A DNA stretch of 64,000 nt from the human T2T-CHM13v2.0 reference genome, Homo sapiens, in assembly GCF_009914755.1 (NCBI RefSeq), contig NC_060938.1; one strand, written 5' to 3'. Under the pieces are notes generated by a model, which searched no databases, was not told where the DNA came from, and was given only the letters and a program-made list of their open reading frames with translations. The position numbers were made by a program, and so were the translations under genes. Shown one piece after another: positions 37,273 to 50,600 of this stretch (positions are counted from its first letter, which is position 1; the number at the start of each line of letters is the position of its first letter).

Positions 37273-37808
37273 CCAGAGTTAGCTTATACGATTGCCTTTT
37301 AAACTCTTTAAGGCGGGAAATACGTGCAGCGGGAAGATGTTACCAGAGCGAGAAACAAAGGCAGTAAACTATTTTGTGACATGTCCTAGATTTTGAGGAA
37401 GACCGGAATTGCAGCTTAGGTTTTATCTACTTTATGACCTTGCAGCGGCATGGCAAAGGAGACAGGATCTTACAGGACTTTACAAGGTAAGTTTACAAGG
37501 AATTGGAATTGGGAGTATAGATAAGGTCCGCTGGTCACAGAAAAACGGGCAGTTACCATTCTTTTTCGTTTCGGGGGACGGGGAAGGGAGAGAGGACACA
37601 GGGAAACTTACAGCAAAAATTTCGCTGTTCATAGCTTTCTTGGGGAAGAAAACACATGCACACATCCTAGTGTTAGGAATATTTTAAGCATATATCTTCT
37701 ATATTATTCATCTAGGACCGAAGTAAGTCCTGATGCAGGAAATGAGTGAGTTTCACAGCTTTCTGAGCCCCTACTCGACCCAGGAAGCCCAGCTGGCACC
37801 TCCTCTCA
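37273..37808 (-). mobile_element. Primate ERV1-class LTR (resembles LTR30), 3'-truncated
   Basis: Reverse strand starts tgagaggaggtgccagctgggcttcctgggtcgagtaggggctcagaaagctg; many CpGs retained; subfamily name is from memory. Confidence 0.72.
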
Positions 37809-37819
37809 ATAACAGCCAT

Positions 37820-38180
37820 TGTATTGGTCTGTTTTCACATTGCTATGAAGAACTTCCCGGGACAGAGTAATTTATAAATGAAAAAGGTTTAATTGACTTA
37901 CATTTCCGCATGGCTGGGGAGGCTTCAGGAAACTTACAATCAGGAGAGAAGGGGAAGCACGTAAGTCTTACAAAGTAGCAGGAAAGAGAGTGTGTGCAGG
38001 AGAACTGTCATACTTACAAATTCATCAGATCTCATGAGAACTCACTATCACAATAATAGCATGGGGGAAACCACTTCCATAACCCAATCACCTCCCAATA
38101 GGTCCCTTTGACACGTGGGGATTATGGGGATTACAATTGGGTATGAGATTTAGGTGGGGACACAGAGCCAAACCATGTTA
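37820..38180 (-). mobile_element. THE1 (C/D-like) solo LTR
   Basis: tgtattggtctgttttcac...gtggggacacagagccaaacc; perfect 5-bp TSD gccat at 37815-37819 and 38181-38185. Confidence 0.93.
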
Positions 38181-41100
38181 GCCATATAGTCATTCTAACA
38201 CATGTGCAGTGATATCTCCTTTTCATTTTATTTTGCATTTATTTGATAATTAGTGATGTTGAAACTTTTTTTAAAAAAATAGCTTTTGGCTACTTTTTAT
38301 TTTAAAACATATGTATTCAGATCCTTTTCCCATATTTTAATTGGGGTATGTGTCTTTTTCCTATTGAGTTGCCTGAATTCCTTATATATTTTGGATATCA
38401 AGTCCTTATCAGATATATGATTTCAAAGTATTTCTCCTCTTCTGTAGGTCTCTTCACTCTGTTGATTGATTCCTTTTTTATACAAAAGACGTTTAGTTTG
38501 ATGCTATCCCATTTGTCTATTTTTGTTTTTGATGCCTATGCTCTTAGGTTCATATCCAAAAACTAATTTCAAATCCAATGTCAAAAAGTATTTTTTCTAT
38601 ATTTTCTTCTAGTAGTATTACAGCTTCAGGTCTTACATTTAAATCTTTAAATCATTTTGAGTTGATTTTCGTATATGGTGTGAGATAAGGGTCCAATTTC
38701 ATTCTTCTGAATGACATCTGGTTTTCCCACCATCATTTATTGAAGACTGTAATTTCCTCATTGTTCGTGGACACTTTGGTGAAGATTAATTGACTGTAAA
38801 CGTGTAAATTTATTTCTAGTCTCTCTATTCTGTACCATTGGACCATATGCCCCTTTTAATGGAAGCAGTATGCTGTTTTAGTTACTATAGCTTTGTAGTA
38901 TATTTTGAAATCAGGTAGTATAATACCTTCAGCTTTTTTTTTTCTTTTTCAAGATTGCTTTGGCTATTCAAGGTCTTTTGTGATTCCATACAAGACATGA
39001 ATATTAATTTTTTTCTATTTTTTATTTATATGGAAAATGTCATTGGTATTTTGACATTATACTTGTAGATCTCTTTGGGTGGTATGTATATTTTAACAAT
39101 ATTATTTCTACTAATTTATGAACACAGGCTATTAAATGTTTATCCATTTATTTGTGTCATCTTCAATTTCTTTTATAAATGTCTTATAGTTTTCAGTGCA
39201 TTGTTCTTTCACCTTTCTGATTTAATTCATTCTTAAGGGTTTTGTAATGCTATGGTAAATGGAATCATTTTCTTGATTTCTCTTTTTGGCTTGTTCATTA
39301 TTAGTGAATAGTAATACTACTGATTTTTGTATGTTAATTATGTACTTGCAGCTTTACTGAATTTGTCAAATACCTTTTATGCAGTTATTAAAATGATCAC
39401 ATTATTTTTTATCTATTATTATTTTAATGTGGTGTGTCACATTTAAAGATTTGCCTATTTAAACTATCAGTGCATGTTAAAGATAAATTCACTTGATTAT
39501 GGTGGGTGACCTTTTTAATGTGTTTTTTGAATTTGGTTTGTTAGTACTTTGAAAATTTTGCATTTATATTTATCAGAGATATTGGCCTGTAATTTTCTCT
39601 TTTTTTGTACTATCGATGTCCAGCTTTGGTATCAAAGTAATGCTGGCCTTGAAAGATGAGTTCTCTTCTTTTCAATTTTTTTGGAAGAGTTTGAGAAGGT
39701 TTGATCTTTGTTATTTCTTAAATGTTTGGCAGAATTCACCAGTGAGACCATCAGATCTTCGGCTTTGCTTCATTAGGAGGTTTTTGATTACTGATTCAAC
39801 CTCCTTACTCATTATTGGTCTATTCAGATTTTCTGTTTCTTCCAGGTAAGCCTTAGTAAGTTGTATGGTTTTAGGAATTAGCCATTTCTTCTGCATTTCC
39901 AAGTTGTTTGTACATAATTGTTTGTAGTAGTCTCTTCCGATTTATTCGTATGTTTATATTAAAATTAATATGTAGTCTTTCATTTCTAATTTTATTTATC
40001 TTTTTTGTAGTCAAGCTAAAGTTTGTCAATTTTGTTTATCTTTTCAAAAAGACTGTTTTATTTATTTTTATATTGCTTTTTCAGTCTCTATTTTATTTGT
40101 TAATATTTCTACTCTAATGTTTATTATTTCTATCATTCTGCTGATTTTGGAGTTAGTTTGTTCCTTCTATGGTTCCTTTAGATATAAAGTTAGATTATTT
40201 GAGATCTTTCTTTTCTGTTAATGTAAGTGTTTATCACTATAAACTTGCCTCATAGAACTGTTTCTGCTCCATCCCATAAGGTTAGGTGTGTTGTGTTTTC
40301 ATTTTCACTTGTCTCAAGATCTTTTTTTATTTCCCTTGTGATTTTTTTTTCTTTGACAATTGGTTTTTCAGAAGTATGTTGTTTAACTTCACATATTAAT
40401 GAATTTTCCAATTTTCCTTCTGTTATTGATTTCTAGTTTCATAATTAAAATTTTACTTTAAATGCAAACTATGAATTTTCACAGAATCTTATTGTACTGC
40501 AAGTAAAACAATGTTTTAACATTCATTGGCATTCAGAAAAGATACTCTATGGAATCTTTTCCCATGAATGTATCCTTTTGAGTGTTTCATTAAAATTAAT
40601 AATAAAACTTTTTAAAAAAACTTTTCTACTCAGATAAATTAGGAATCACTGGGTTCCATTTTTTACTACAAAAATTTCACAATGTTTTAGTTTACTGATT
40701 TATTTAATAAATGTCCAAAAAGGGATGTGCTCATACTTGCTCACAAAATATATGACCGTGAAGCAATAATATTTTTCTTGTTTATGTAAAGTCATATCAA
40801 CCAATCTACTAATGTACTGAGAAATGCACTTTGGAAAATAAGTATTGATATTCCTGTTTAAATTAAATATTTCCATGTGTTTTGTTAGCTAGTGTGCTTA
40901 CATTTTAATACTTATATTAAACATTTGTTGTTCCATGGTTTGTTTCATTTATTCCTCCTGTGTGATAGCAACACCTCAATCCACTTCAAGGAATTCTTTT
41001 TAATTTAGCACAGAAATGATGAGAATCACAACTCCATCCCATGGTCAAGTAATGAATTATAATCACCCAACCTGGGTTAATTGTGTTTTCTTCCTTGGAA

Positions 41101-41220
41101 TTTTATATGATGTGTGGAAAGACAAAAAAAATAAAGAGCTGATTTATTTCAGTAACAGCACCCTGAAAATACTGTTGAGTTAGGTCAGTAGAATAACCAG
41201 CACCACTACCCCTTGCCTAA

Positions 41221-41675
41221 TATATACATATTATATATAATATATAGATATAATATGTATAAAAATGCTTGTATATATATTATGTATATATGTATATGTA
41301 TAATGTATATATGTATATAATATGTATATATTAGAACATTTTTTGTATAAATATTATATATAATACATATTACATGTATTATACATTATATGATTCTGGG
41401 GATTAGAACATTTATATATACATAGTATATACATATATACTATTATATGTTTACATATAATACATCATAACATGTATACATGATATATTATGTATATTAT
41501 ATATCATTGAAATATATTATGTGTTATGTATATTATATAGAAATATATATATAACAGTATATACATATATACTATTATATGTTTAATAATATGTATGTAT
41601 TATATGTATTATATATAATATGTATTAAAGTATATTACATATGATATAAATATATATACTAGATATTACATATAA
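41221..41675. repeat. Complex (TA)-rich low-complexity expansion
   Basis: Almost entirely A/T, with an internal direct repeat agtatatacatatatactattatatgttta and an inverted repeat. Confidence 0.92.
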
Positions 41676-42036
41676 ATGTTATAATCCCCAGAATCTGTGG
41701 CTAGGTGGGCATAATGTAATCCCAAGGATCCTTGAAAGCAGAAGAGGGACACAGAAGAGGTGGAATCACAGAAGTGAGAGTGTGAAAAGGACTTTTCCTG
41801 ATCTTGTTGACTTTGATGATGAAGCAAGGGGTCACAGGCTAAGGAATGTGTGCAGCCTCTCAAAGTTGAAAAGGGCAAGGGAAAAAGTTCTCCCTAAGGC
41901 TTCCATAAAGAAAATAGTTCTGCTGAAACCTTGATCAGTCTTCTGAAACTACATAATGATAAGATAATTCGTGTTGCTTTAAGCCACTAAATTTGTAGTA
42001 ATTTATTACAGTAGTTGGTCACAGAAAATTAATACA
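41676..42036 (+). mobile_element. MLT1D/E-like LTR
   Basis: taatccccagaatctgtg...aaggaatgtgtgcagcctc...tttaagccactaaatttgtagtaattt...gaaaattaataca. Confidence 0.8.
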
Positions 42037-42038
42037 AT

Positions 42039-42335
42039 GGCCAGACACAGTGGCTCATGCCTGCAATCCCAGCACTTTGGAAGGCCAAGATGGGCAGATC
42101 ACCTGAAGCCAGGAGTTTGAGAGCAACCTGGCCATCATGGTGAAACTCCGTCTCTACTAAAAATACAAAAATTTGTCGGGCATGGTGGCATGCACCTGTG
42201 ATCTCAGGTACTCAGGAGGCTGAGGCAGGAGAATCGCCTGAACCCAGGAGGTGGAGGTTGTAGTGAGCTAAGGTTGCATCACTGCACTCCCTCCTCGGCG
42301 ACAGAGCAAGACTTTGTCTCAAAAAAAAAAAAAAA
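42039..42335 (+). mobile_element. AluS (Sx/Sz-like)
   Basis: Full dimer, A15 tail, TSD aattaatacaa at 42027-42037 and 42337-42347. Confidence 0.96.
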
Positions 42336-44142
42336 GAATTAATACAACAAGGCTTCTATCTTAATTTCTGAAATAAGCATAGGTTGTGTCCATTTCTAAA
42401 TGGTTCTTCAACTTTCTTTTTACATAATTTCTCTTAAAGCAGTCTTAGAAACTCTACTTTTGTTAAACTTAAGCAGAATCATTTTCTGCAACTTTGTAAA
42501 AAAAAAAACACGTAAGATGTCCATCCATATATTTTGATTGTCTTTTGTCTTCATTAAATTATAAATATTCCATAGAAAAATGGTAATTTATTCTAAATAT
42601 AAATGAAATATTATACAATCTTTTAAATTTTCTTATTCAATAAATATATGCTGCTCATAATTAACTGAATTCATAAAAATTTACAAAAAGAATAATTCAC
42701 AGAGGAATAGATAGTATAAAAATTTTATTGGAAATAAAAATGGAATAATGTGAAATTAGTCATGAAGCATTAAATTATTTCTCTCTCTCTGAGACCTTCT
42801 TTAAATGTATGCCTACTATTAAATAATTCTAATGTAGCAGTTGTATAATTTTTATTTTCATCTTGTACTTAAGCATTTTGTATGTTAGCACATTATCTTT
42901 ATTGCTTTTATTTTTACTGGCAGTAGAATATTTCATTGTTATGATAAAATTCATGACTATTATCATTTATATTATTTTAATTTTTAAGATAATAATAGAT
43001 GTTATTTCCCTTAAAATAAATTCCCATGAGTTCTAATTTTTTGTACAAAGCCATTAATCTGATTCTATCTATGGGTTGTTTTCCAAAAGTTTGTACTACT
43101 AAACACTGGGATAAACTACATATGAATGTAAAAACCTATGTCATGTTTTTGCAAAATTTGAGACCATTCCCTTTTTTTTGCATAAGACAATTCATGGAAG
43201 TCAGTAGACAATTTATTTTTCTATTCTACTGGACTTCTGGCTTCATTATTGATGTTAAGAAGTTAGCTGTCAGCCAAACGTTTATGCCTCTTCAATGTGT
43301 GTGTGTATGGATGTGAAAGGGTGTGTATTTTTTTAGGTACTTCACAGATAATTTCTTTGTCATCAGTATTCTGTGGTTTAATTATGTTATGTCTAGGTGT
43401 GACTCTATTTTATTTACACTTCCCAGGATTCTGATTAAGAAAATTTTTTAATCGATTTATTTAGGTGGCTATATTAAAAAAACTAGTGTTTCTCAAAAAT
43501 TCTGGAAATGTTTTCACTAATGTGTCTTCAAATTTTTTTTCACTGTTTTTATTTGTTGGAACTCTGATTTAATGTATATTCATCTTTACTATCTTGTACA
43601 TCCATGGCTCTTCAACACATCATATTTTCCATTTTGTTTTCTTTTTTTAAAACCAGTTATATTCATTATTTTTAATCTGATGCTTACTTACATTTTGACA
43701 ATTTTAATAATTATATGTTTAAATGTGTGTGCATGTGCGTACATACACATATATTTTAAGAATTTATAAGCAAATTTAATTTATATAAAAACTACATATT
43801 TTATTTATTATTCAGATATTCAAGCCTTTTTATGTCTGTGAACAATTATTATATTAATTTATATCCACTTCTACTTTCAAAGTCATAAGTATTTTAAATC
43901 TTCTAGTAGTAATTTTGATTTAATATTTGTCAATTATGGTTTCTTATTTTCTTAGCTAATTTGTGATTTTTGAATATGAGGTTTCATTCTTTTGTGAACC
44001 TATGGAAATCCAGTGGGCATATGTTGAAGTTGAGTTGCTTTGAACACTATTTTCTTTTACCATCACTTAGTTGTCTGGATGCGCTAGAAATTTAGGATCA
44101 TTTTAAATTAAATTACTGGTTAAGATTTTTTAAATGACACAG

Positions 44143-44517
44143 TGTCTTGGTTCATTGTGGCCTGCTATTACAAGTTACCATATACTGGGTGGCTCATAAA
44201 AAACAGAAATGTATTTCCCATAGTTCTGGATGCTGTGAAGTTCAACATCAATGTATTGAGAGATTCACTGGTGAGAATCTGTCTCTTGCTTCATACAAGA
44301 AAGTCATTTTATTGTGTTCTCACATGGGTAAAGAAGCTATCTTGTGCCCCTTAAGGAGGGCACTAATTCCAATCATGAGGGTTTCACACTTATGAGTTAA
44401 CCACCACCCCAAAGCCCCACTTTATAAAATCGTTGCCTTAGGGGATGGTTTCTCAATATATAATTTTCTTTCTTTTTTGGGGGGGGAGTGGAAAGTGAAA
44501 ATATTCACACCATAGCA
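44143..44517 (-). mobile_element. MLT1A/MSTD-like solo LTR
   Basis: tgtcttggttc...cagaaatgtatttcccatagttctgga...ccatagca; TSD cacag on both sides. Confidence 0.87.
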
Positions 44518-45156
44518 CACAGGTTGTTTAAATTTGGACCACAGACCTGAAGGATTGTTTAAAAAGAGAGAAAAGGGACTTTAAATAACTATTATTTACC
44601 TTTAAATAAATTTACACACACAAGTAAATATATGTTTTAACATTTTCCAATAATATTTAAATAAGAGAACTGCTATGTAATGAGAAATTTTATTTCTCTT
44701 AGGCATTGCCCTACAGTCATTTTGAAAATGGCTAAATATTGATAAGAACAGTGAGATGGATGACAATTTAATTTGCCCTCATCCTATTCAATGCCCTCTA
44801 GCCCAGGTATAGACTTGTAAAATATTAGCGCAGTCATGTTCCTGATACCAAGACAACAGAATAGAGTTGCCATTATTTCAAAGACTCATTCAAAAACAAA
44901 ACAAAACAAAACAAACAAACAGTATTACCTGACCTGTCTGGTGGTTCTCTGGAAACTCCCCATATAAAAAGCTTAAAAGCTTAACATTTTAGACATTATT
45001 CAAACACACATTATACTAAAAGCTTCTCCTGGAGAGAATTTGTTGAAAATATTTACAGGCAAGTGTAATGTTGCAGTTGTTGGAGTAAAGGATAAAAGTT
45101 GTGTCAAACAATACACTAATCAAAAACTTAAATGGAAAAGCTGAGAAAAGAGATGC

Positions 45157-45521
45157 TGTATTAATAACCTAGGGGTGTCGTAAGAAAATAGCATAGATTG
45201 GGGGAATGAACAACAGAAATTTATTTCATATAGTTTTGGAGGAATTTTGCCATAAGGGTGCTACCAGCATTCATTTCTGGTGAGGGATCTTTTTCTGGCT
45301 CTCAGATAGCAATCCTTTTACTGTGTCCTCACATGTTGGAGAGAGAGGAGATCTCTCTCTTCTTCTTATAAGGTCATAGTCCATTGAATTAGAGTTGCAT
45401 CTTTATGACATTATTTAACCTTAATTGCCTCCTAAAGGCCCTCTCTCTGAATACGGTCATACTGGGAGTCAGGGCTTAAATATGAATTTGCGGATAGGAT
45501 GACACAATAGAGTTTATAGCA
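45157..45521 (-). mobile_element. MLT1A-like solo LTR
   Basis: tgtatt...caacagaaatttatt...ctgtgtcctcacatg...tatagca; TSD gatgc on both sides. Confidence 0.87.
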
Positions 45522-46646
45522 GATGCTATAGTGCTTTTGAAAACTATTGACGTATTTCTGGGAATCTAGAATTCCATGATTACTTGTGCGGCCATGTGCA
45601 TGCTCAGGAAAGACCTGAAAAGGCCCAAAGCTCTCACCTCTAGCTGACATTGAAACTCTGCACAAGCAGGAAATTGATGGCTAAGGCAAACTGGTAAATG
45701 GCAAGGCTGAGTGTTAAGGGTATGCCGTGACATGCACACCACATTTTTTTTAAATATAGAGAATTTATTGAGTTGGGGCATTTAAGGACACCTTTCCTTC
45801 CAATCATCAGCTGACCACTAAGGCAACCAAGCAGAAACTTCAGTGGCCACACGAAATAAGGAATACATATTTTATAGAATTTATAAATGGTTTAATCAGA
45901 CATAACCCTAATGTAAGTCAAGGAGCATCTCTATTTGCAGAAATAAAACAAATACCTCGTAAATCTCATGAAAATTATTAATCTTCACATTCAAGAAGCT
46001 CGACAAGCTTCAATAAAGATAAATTCAAAGATATGTATGTACATGTAGACACATGTCATAATCAAATGGCCAAAAACAAACAAAAAAGAGACATATTTGA
46101 AAATAGCCAGAATGAATCAACTCAACACATACAAGAATCCTCAATAAGGTTAATCATCATTTTTTAATCAAAAACTATGTAACCCAAAAAGCAGTGAGAT
46201 GACTCATTTAAAATGTGCAAGTAAAATAACTGTAAACTAATAATTCTATATGTATCAAAATTTTCATTCAAAAAATGCAACAGAAATTATGATATTTAAG
46301 GATAAACCAAATTCTGAGAGTGCTGTTTCTAGAAGATCAATGTAAAACAAATGCTAAAGTGTGTCCTATAGTCTGAAGTGAAAAAAACATTAGAAAATAA
46401 CATAAATCCAGATAAAAATTAATGAGTACCAGTAAAGGTAACTACATAAGTAGAAATAATAGCATAAATATACTTTAGGTTTATGACTCCTCTTTATTTT
46501 TTCTGATACAAAGGGCAGCTACATAAAGCAACAATTACAAATCTATGTAAGTTTGCACACACTGAATAGAGATATTATAATAAAATACTAGCATAAAGGA
46601 AGGAGTAGAACAGAGCTATACATGAACAAAGTGTTTGCATACTATT

Positions 46647-46907
46647 CATATTAGTCCCTGATATGGGAAGGAAGAGAGTGAGGAACTCAGCAAGCAGAAT
46701 CCTCCTCCTGTGCTTGCTTTGTTCTAGCCACACTGGCAGTCCACTGGATCCTGCTTTTTCTCATTGAGGGCAGGTCTACCAGTCCACTGACTCACATATC
46801 AATCACCTCTGAAAACACCCTTAGAGAAACACCCAGAAACAATGCTTCACCAGCCATCTAGGCGTCCCTCAACCCACTCAAACTGACACCTAATATTAAC
46901 CATAACA
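46647..46907 (-). mobile_element. MLT2 LTR, internally deleted
   Basis: ccagtccactgactcacat...cacccagaaacaatgc...tgacacctaatattaaccataaca; candidate TSD ctatt/ctact. Confidence 0.8.
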
Positions 46908-47121
46908 CTACTGAAATTAAATTGGTATTAATCTAAATACGTTCTTATAAATTGAGAAGTTAATCCCCAGAACAATCAGTAACAAAATAACTGAAAATAT
47001 GTATTGACACAATAGAAAGAAATAGATGTATCAACAAATTAAAATGTCAGATGATATATAGAAAAAATACAGCTAAATGTCAGATGTAACTCCTACGTTA
47101 TCAGTAACTATATGTAATATA

Positions 47122-47611
47122 CAACTGACCCTAGAACAACAGATGTTAAATTATGTGTGTCCACTTACATGTGAATTTTTTTCAATAAAAGTTACACTAA
47201 ATGTACCTGTCTCTCTTACCTCAAGTTCCACCTAATGGATCTCTTCCACCTTTGCCACCAGGAGACAGCAAAATCAACCCTGTCTGTACTTCCTCCTCAG
47301 GCTACTCAATGTGAAGACTATGAGGATAAAAATTTTATGGTGATTCACTTCCACTTAATGAAAGGTAAATATATTTTCTCTTATTATTTTCATAATATTA
47401 TTTGCTTTTCTCTAGCTTACTTTAAGAATGCAGTATATAATACATATAACATATAAAATGTATTGATTGACAGTTTGTAATATTGGTAAGGCTTGGGGTT
47501 AACAGTAGGCTATTAGTAGTTAAGTTTTGTGGTAGTCAAAAGCTATATGTGGCTTTTCAACTGTGTGAGGGGTTGGCACACTTATCTGTCACAATGTTAA
47601 AGGGTCAACTG
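47122..47611 (+). mobile_element. Tigger2a/b-like non-autonomous DNA transposon
   Basis: ta|caactgaccctagaacaac ... gttaaagggtcaactg|ta terminal inverted repeats with TA TSD. Confidence 0.9.
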
Positions 47612-50600
47612 TAAATGATTTAAACACTTCAATTAGAAGGCTGAGGCAGGAAGAAGGTTAAGATATATGACCCAACTACATACTGCCTACTTTAACCTTT
47701 ATATGTAAAGACAAAATAGGTTACAGTAAAAGATAAGAGAAGATATGTCATGCAAACTGAAATGTAAAAAGAGCTGGAGTGGCTACACTAATTACTAACC
47801 AAACGATGTAACCTAACCTAACAAGAAAAATTTCTGGAGACAAAGAAGGATATTTTATGATAAGAAAAGTGGCAGTCTATTGAGAAGATATAGTGATTAT
47901 AAACATTTATGCAACTCATAAGAAAGCTCAAAATCACATCAAGCAAAAGCTGTAAAGAATCAAAGTTTAAACTTAAAATTCAACAATAAAAGTTACAGAT
48001 TCTAATATTCCAGTATGAAGAATGGATATAATGACTAAACAGAAGCTCAACAATAAAATAAAAAAATTGAACAACACTATACAGCAACTAGAACTAATAA
48101 ATATCTATAGAACAAACCACCCAACAATAGCAGAATACACGTTCTTATTAAGTGTACGTGCAGCATTCTCCTGTAGAAACCATACGTTAGACCATAAAAC
48201 AAGTCTCAGTAAATTTAAAGGGACTGAAATAATACAAGGTATGTTATCCTCACAATAGAAGGAAGGTAGAAATCAATAGGAGAATAAAATTTAGAAAATT
48301 CAAAAATATGTGGAAATTAAAGAAATAAAGCTTCTATACAACTAATAAGTCAAAGAAGAAATAGCAAAAGTAATTAGAACACACTGTGAAGTGAATGAAA
48401 ACAAAATCCTAAATTATCAAAACTTATGGGAAGCATCTGAAACAATTCTAAGAAGGAAAGTTAGAGATGTAAATGCTTACATTAAAGAATTTTTAAAATC
48501 TCAAATTAATAAGCTAACATTCTATGTTACATACCAAGAAAAATAAGAGAAAATTAAGCTCAAAGCAAGTAGAAGTAAGGAAATAATAAAAATTTGAGCA
48601 TGAATAAAATTGAGAATAGAAAGAATCAATAATAATTAGCTAAAATTTGATTCTTATAAAGATCAACAAATTGAGCAAATTTAGCTAGACTGCTCAAGAA
48701 AAATCAATAAATAAAAAGAAGATTCAAATCACTAAAGCTAGAAATGAAAGAGGGAGCATTACTCTCCTCCATAAGGAAACAAAAATTAAATGAGTACTAT
48801 AACAATTCTATGCCAACAAATTAGATAACCTTTTTGAAACGGACAAATTCCTAGAAAGAGAAAACTACTGTAACTGCCTCAAAAATTAAAAAATAAATAA
48901 ATAAATAGACTTACAACAAGTAGGGTGAGTGAATTAGTGATTTAAAGAAAAGCAAAACCCTAAAACGATAACAACTTTCCACAAGAAAAAGCTAAGGAAC
49001 AAATGGCTTCAATTGTGAATTCTATCAAAAATTTAAAGAAGAATTTGCATCAATTTTTCACAAAATCTTTTGAAAAATAGAAGACAAAGAACATTTCTGA
49101 CTCATCCTTGGGGCTAATATTACTGTGATATTAAAACCAAACAAAGACATTAAAAGAAAAGAAAACCACAGAACAATATCAGCTATAAATACAGATGCAA
49201 CAATTAAACATACTAGATTATCAAAATAATTTGATAAAATCCAACAACCATGGATGATAAAATCACTCAGCAAACTAGGAATATATATTAATTTCTGAAA
49301 CATAATAAAGTGCTTCAATGCTAAATCCACAAATAATATTATACTTAATGTTGAAGACTGAAAAGTTTATTCTTCAGATCAAAAACAACACAGAGGTGTC
49401 TTCTCTTATCATTTACATTCAACACTGTACTGATGGTTCTAGCCAAGAAAATTAGAAAAGGAAATGAAACAAAAGGCATACAGACAGGAAAGTAAGAAGT
49501 TAACTATATTTATTTGCAGATAGCATAATCTTCTATAGAGAAAAGCCTAAAGACACACACACAAATAATAAAAATTACTACTCATTAAAAAAAAAACTAA
49601 TATGTCATTCTTTTCTTCAGTATTTCTTTACTTCCACAGACCAGTTTTATCTCTCATCTAGCATTCAGGGTGTTTGTAATCTAATACTAATTAATGTACA
49701 CTGTTACAAAGATACACATCTTATTATCTAATTAATATCTTGAGGGCACGGTCATTGTTATTATTCCTTTCTTCTTTTCCTCCTTCCTCTTTTATTATTT
49801 TCTTCATTTTTAACAGTTATGATATATTTATTGTATATCTAATCAGTATAAAATAACTGCTTGGCTCAAGATAGGTACTTACAAAATATATATTAAAGAC
49901 TTTTTTAAAATGATATTGGATGAGGGTTTTTTTTTTTGCTTGAAGTCACAAGATTAGTATGTCTAGTCGAGATTGAGATTGATTCAAGTCTATATGTGAA
50001 CACTATATTAAAATACAGTGCTTATAACATTTTAATTATTTTTCTAACATTTAAATAGTTATATGTTAAGATTAAATGCTACCTAATATTACATACCTAT
50101 CTTTTTGAAGAGCAGAATATCCATTGATCTATTTGTGTATCTGTTTATATCTGTAAATACATACACACACTCAAATACACATATATATACTAAAACTGTG
50201 TTTTATGTTTCTATTTACATAACAGGTCCTTCGTTTTAAGTGAATCAAGTAAGATTACACATTTTAGAGCTCTAAGTAAGAGGAAACAGTGAATTTTCAT
50301 TTCTAAATTGTCCAATTAATATGTAATGTAGTCCTTAGAGACAAGAGCAGGATCTCTTCCCTCTTATGATAATTTATTTTACTCTCTAGTCCAGGGTACA
50401 GTATTCACAGTTAGCAATAAGTATCAGCAGATTTAGAGGCCTTCCCTTTATCAGTCTCAGAATAAGTAATGGTGTTCTTTACTGATGCTTCCAAGAACAT
50501 TAAAATTAATCAGTCTGTCTTCAAACTTGCATTCACTGAAATAGTAGGAAAATGCAATTTTAAGAAAGTATTTGTTTTCCAAATTGAATTTAACATATGA

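Larger units (their letters stand above)
36548..40445 (-). mobile_element. L1MA (MA8/9-like) 3' UTR plus ORF2, with nested LTRs
   Basis: ttgacaaataaaaattgtacat...aaatgattaaatcaagcta; reverse ORF gives EETENLNRPIMSKEVESVIKNL...DGLTGEFCQTFK. Confidence 0.9.
44730..49560 (+). mobile_element. Old L1 (L1M4-like): 5' UTR, ORF1 and ORF2 remnants with nested insertions
   Basis: ORF 48022-48258 gives LNNTIQQLELINIYRT.HPT.AEYTF...LDHKTSLSKFK..EII (L1 endonuclease region); continues to tttgcagat. Confidence 0.88.
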
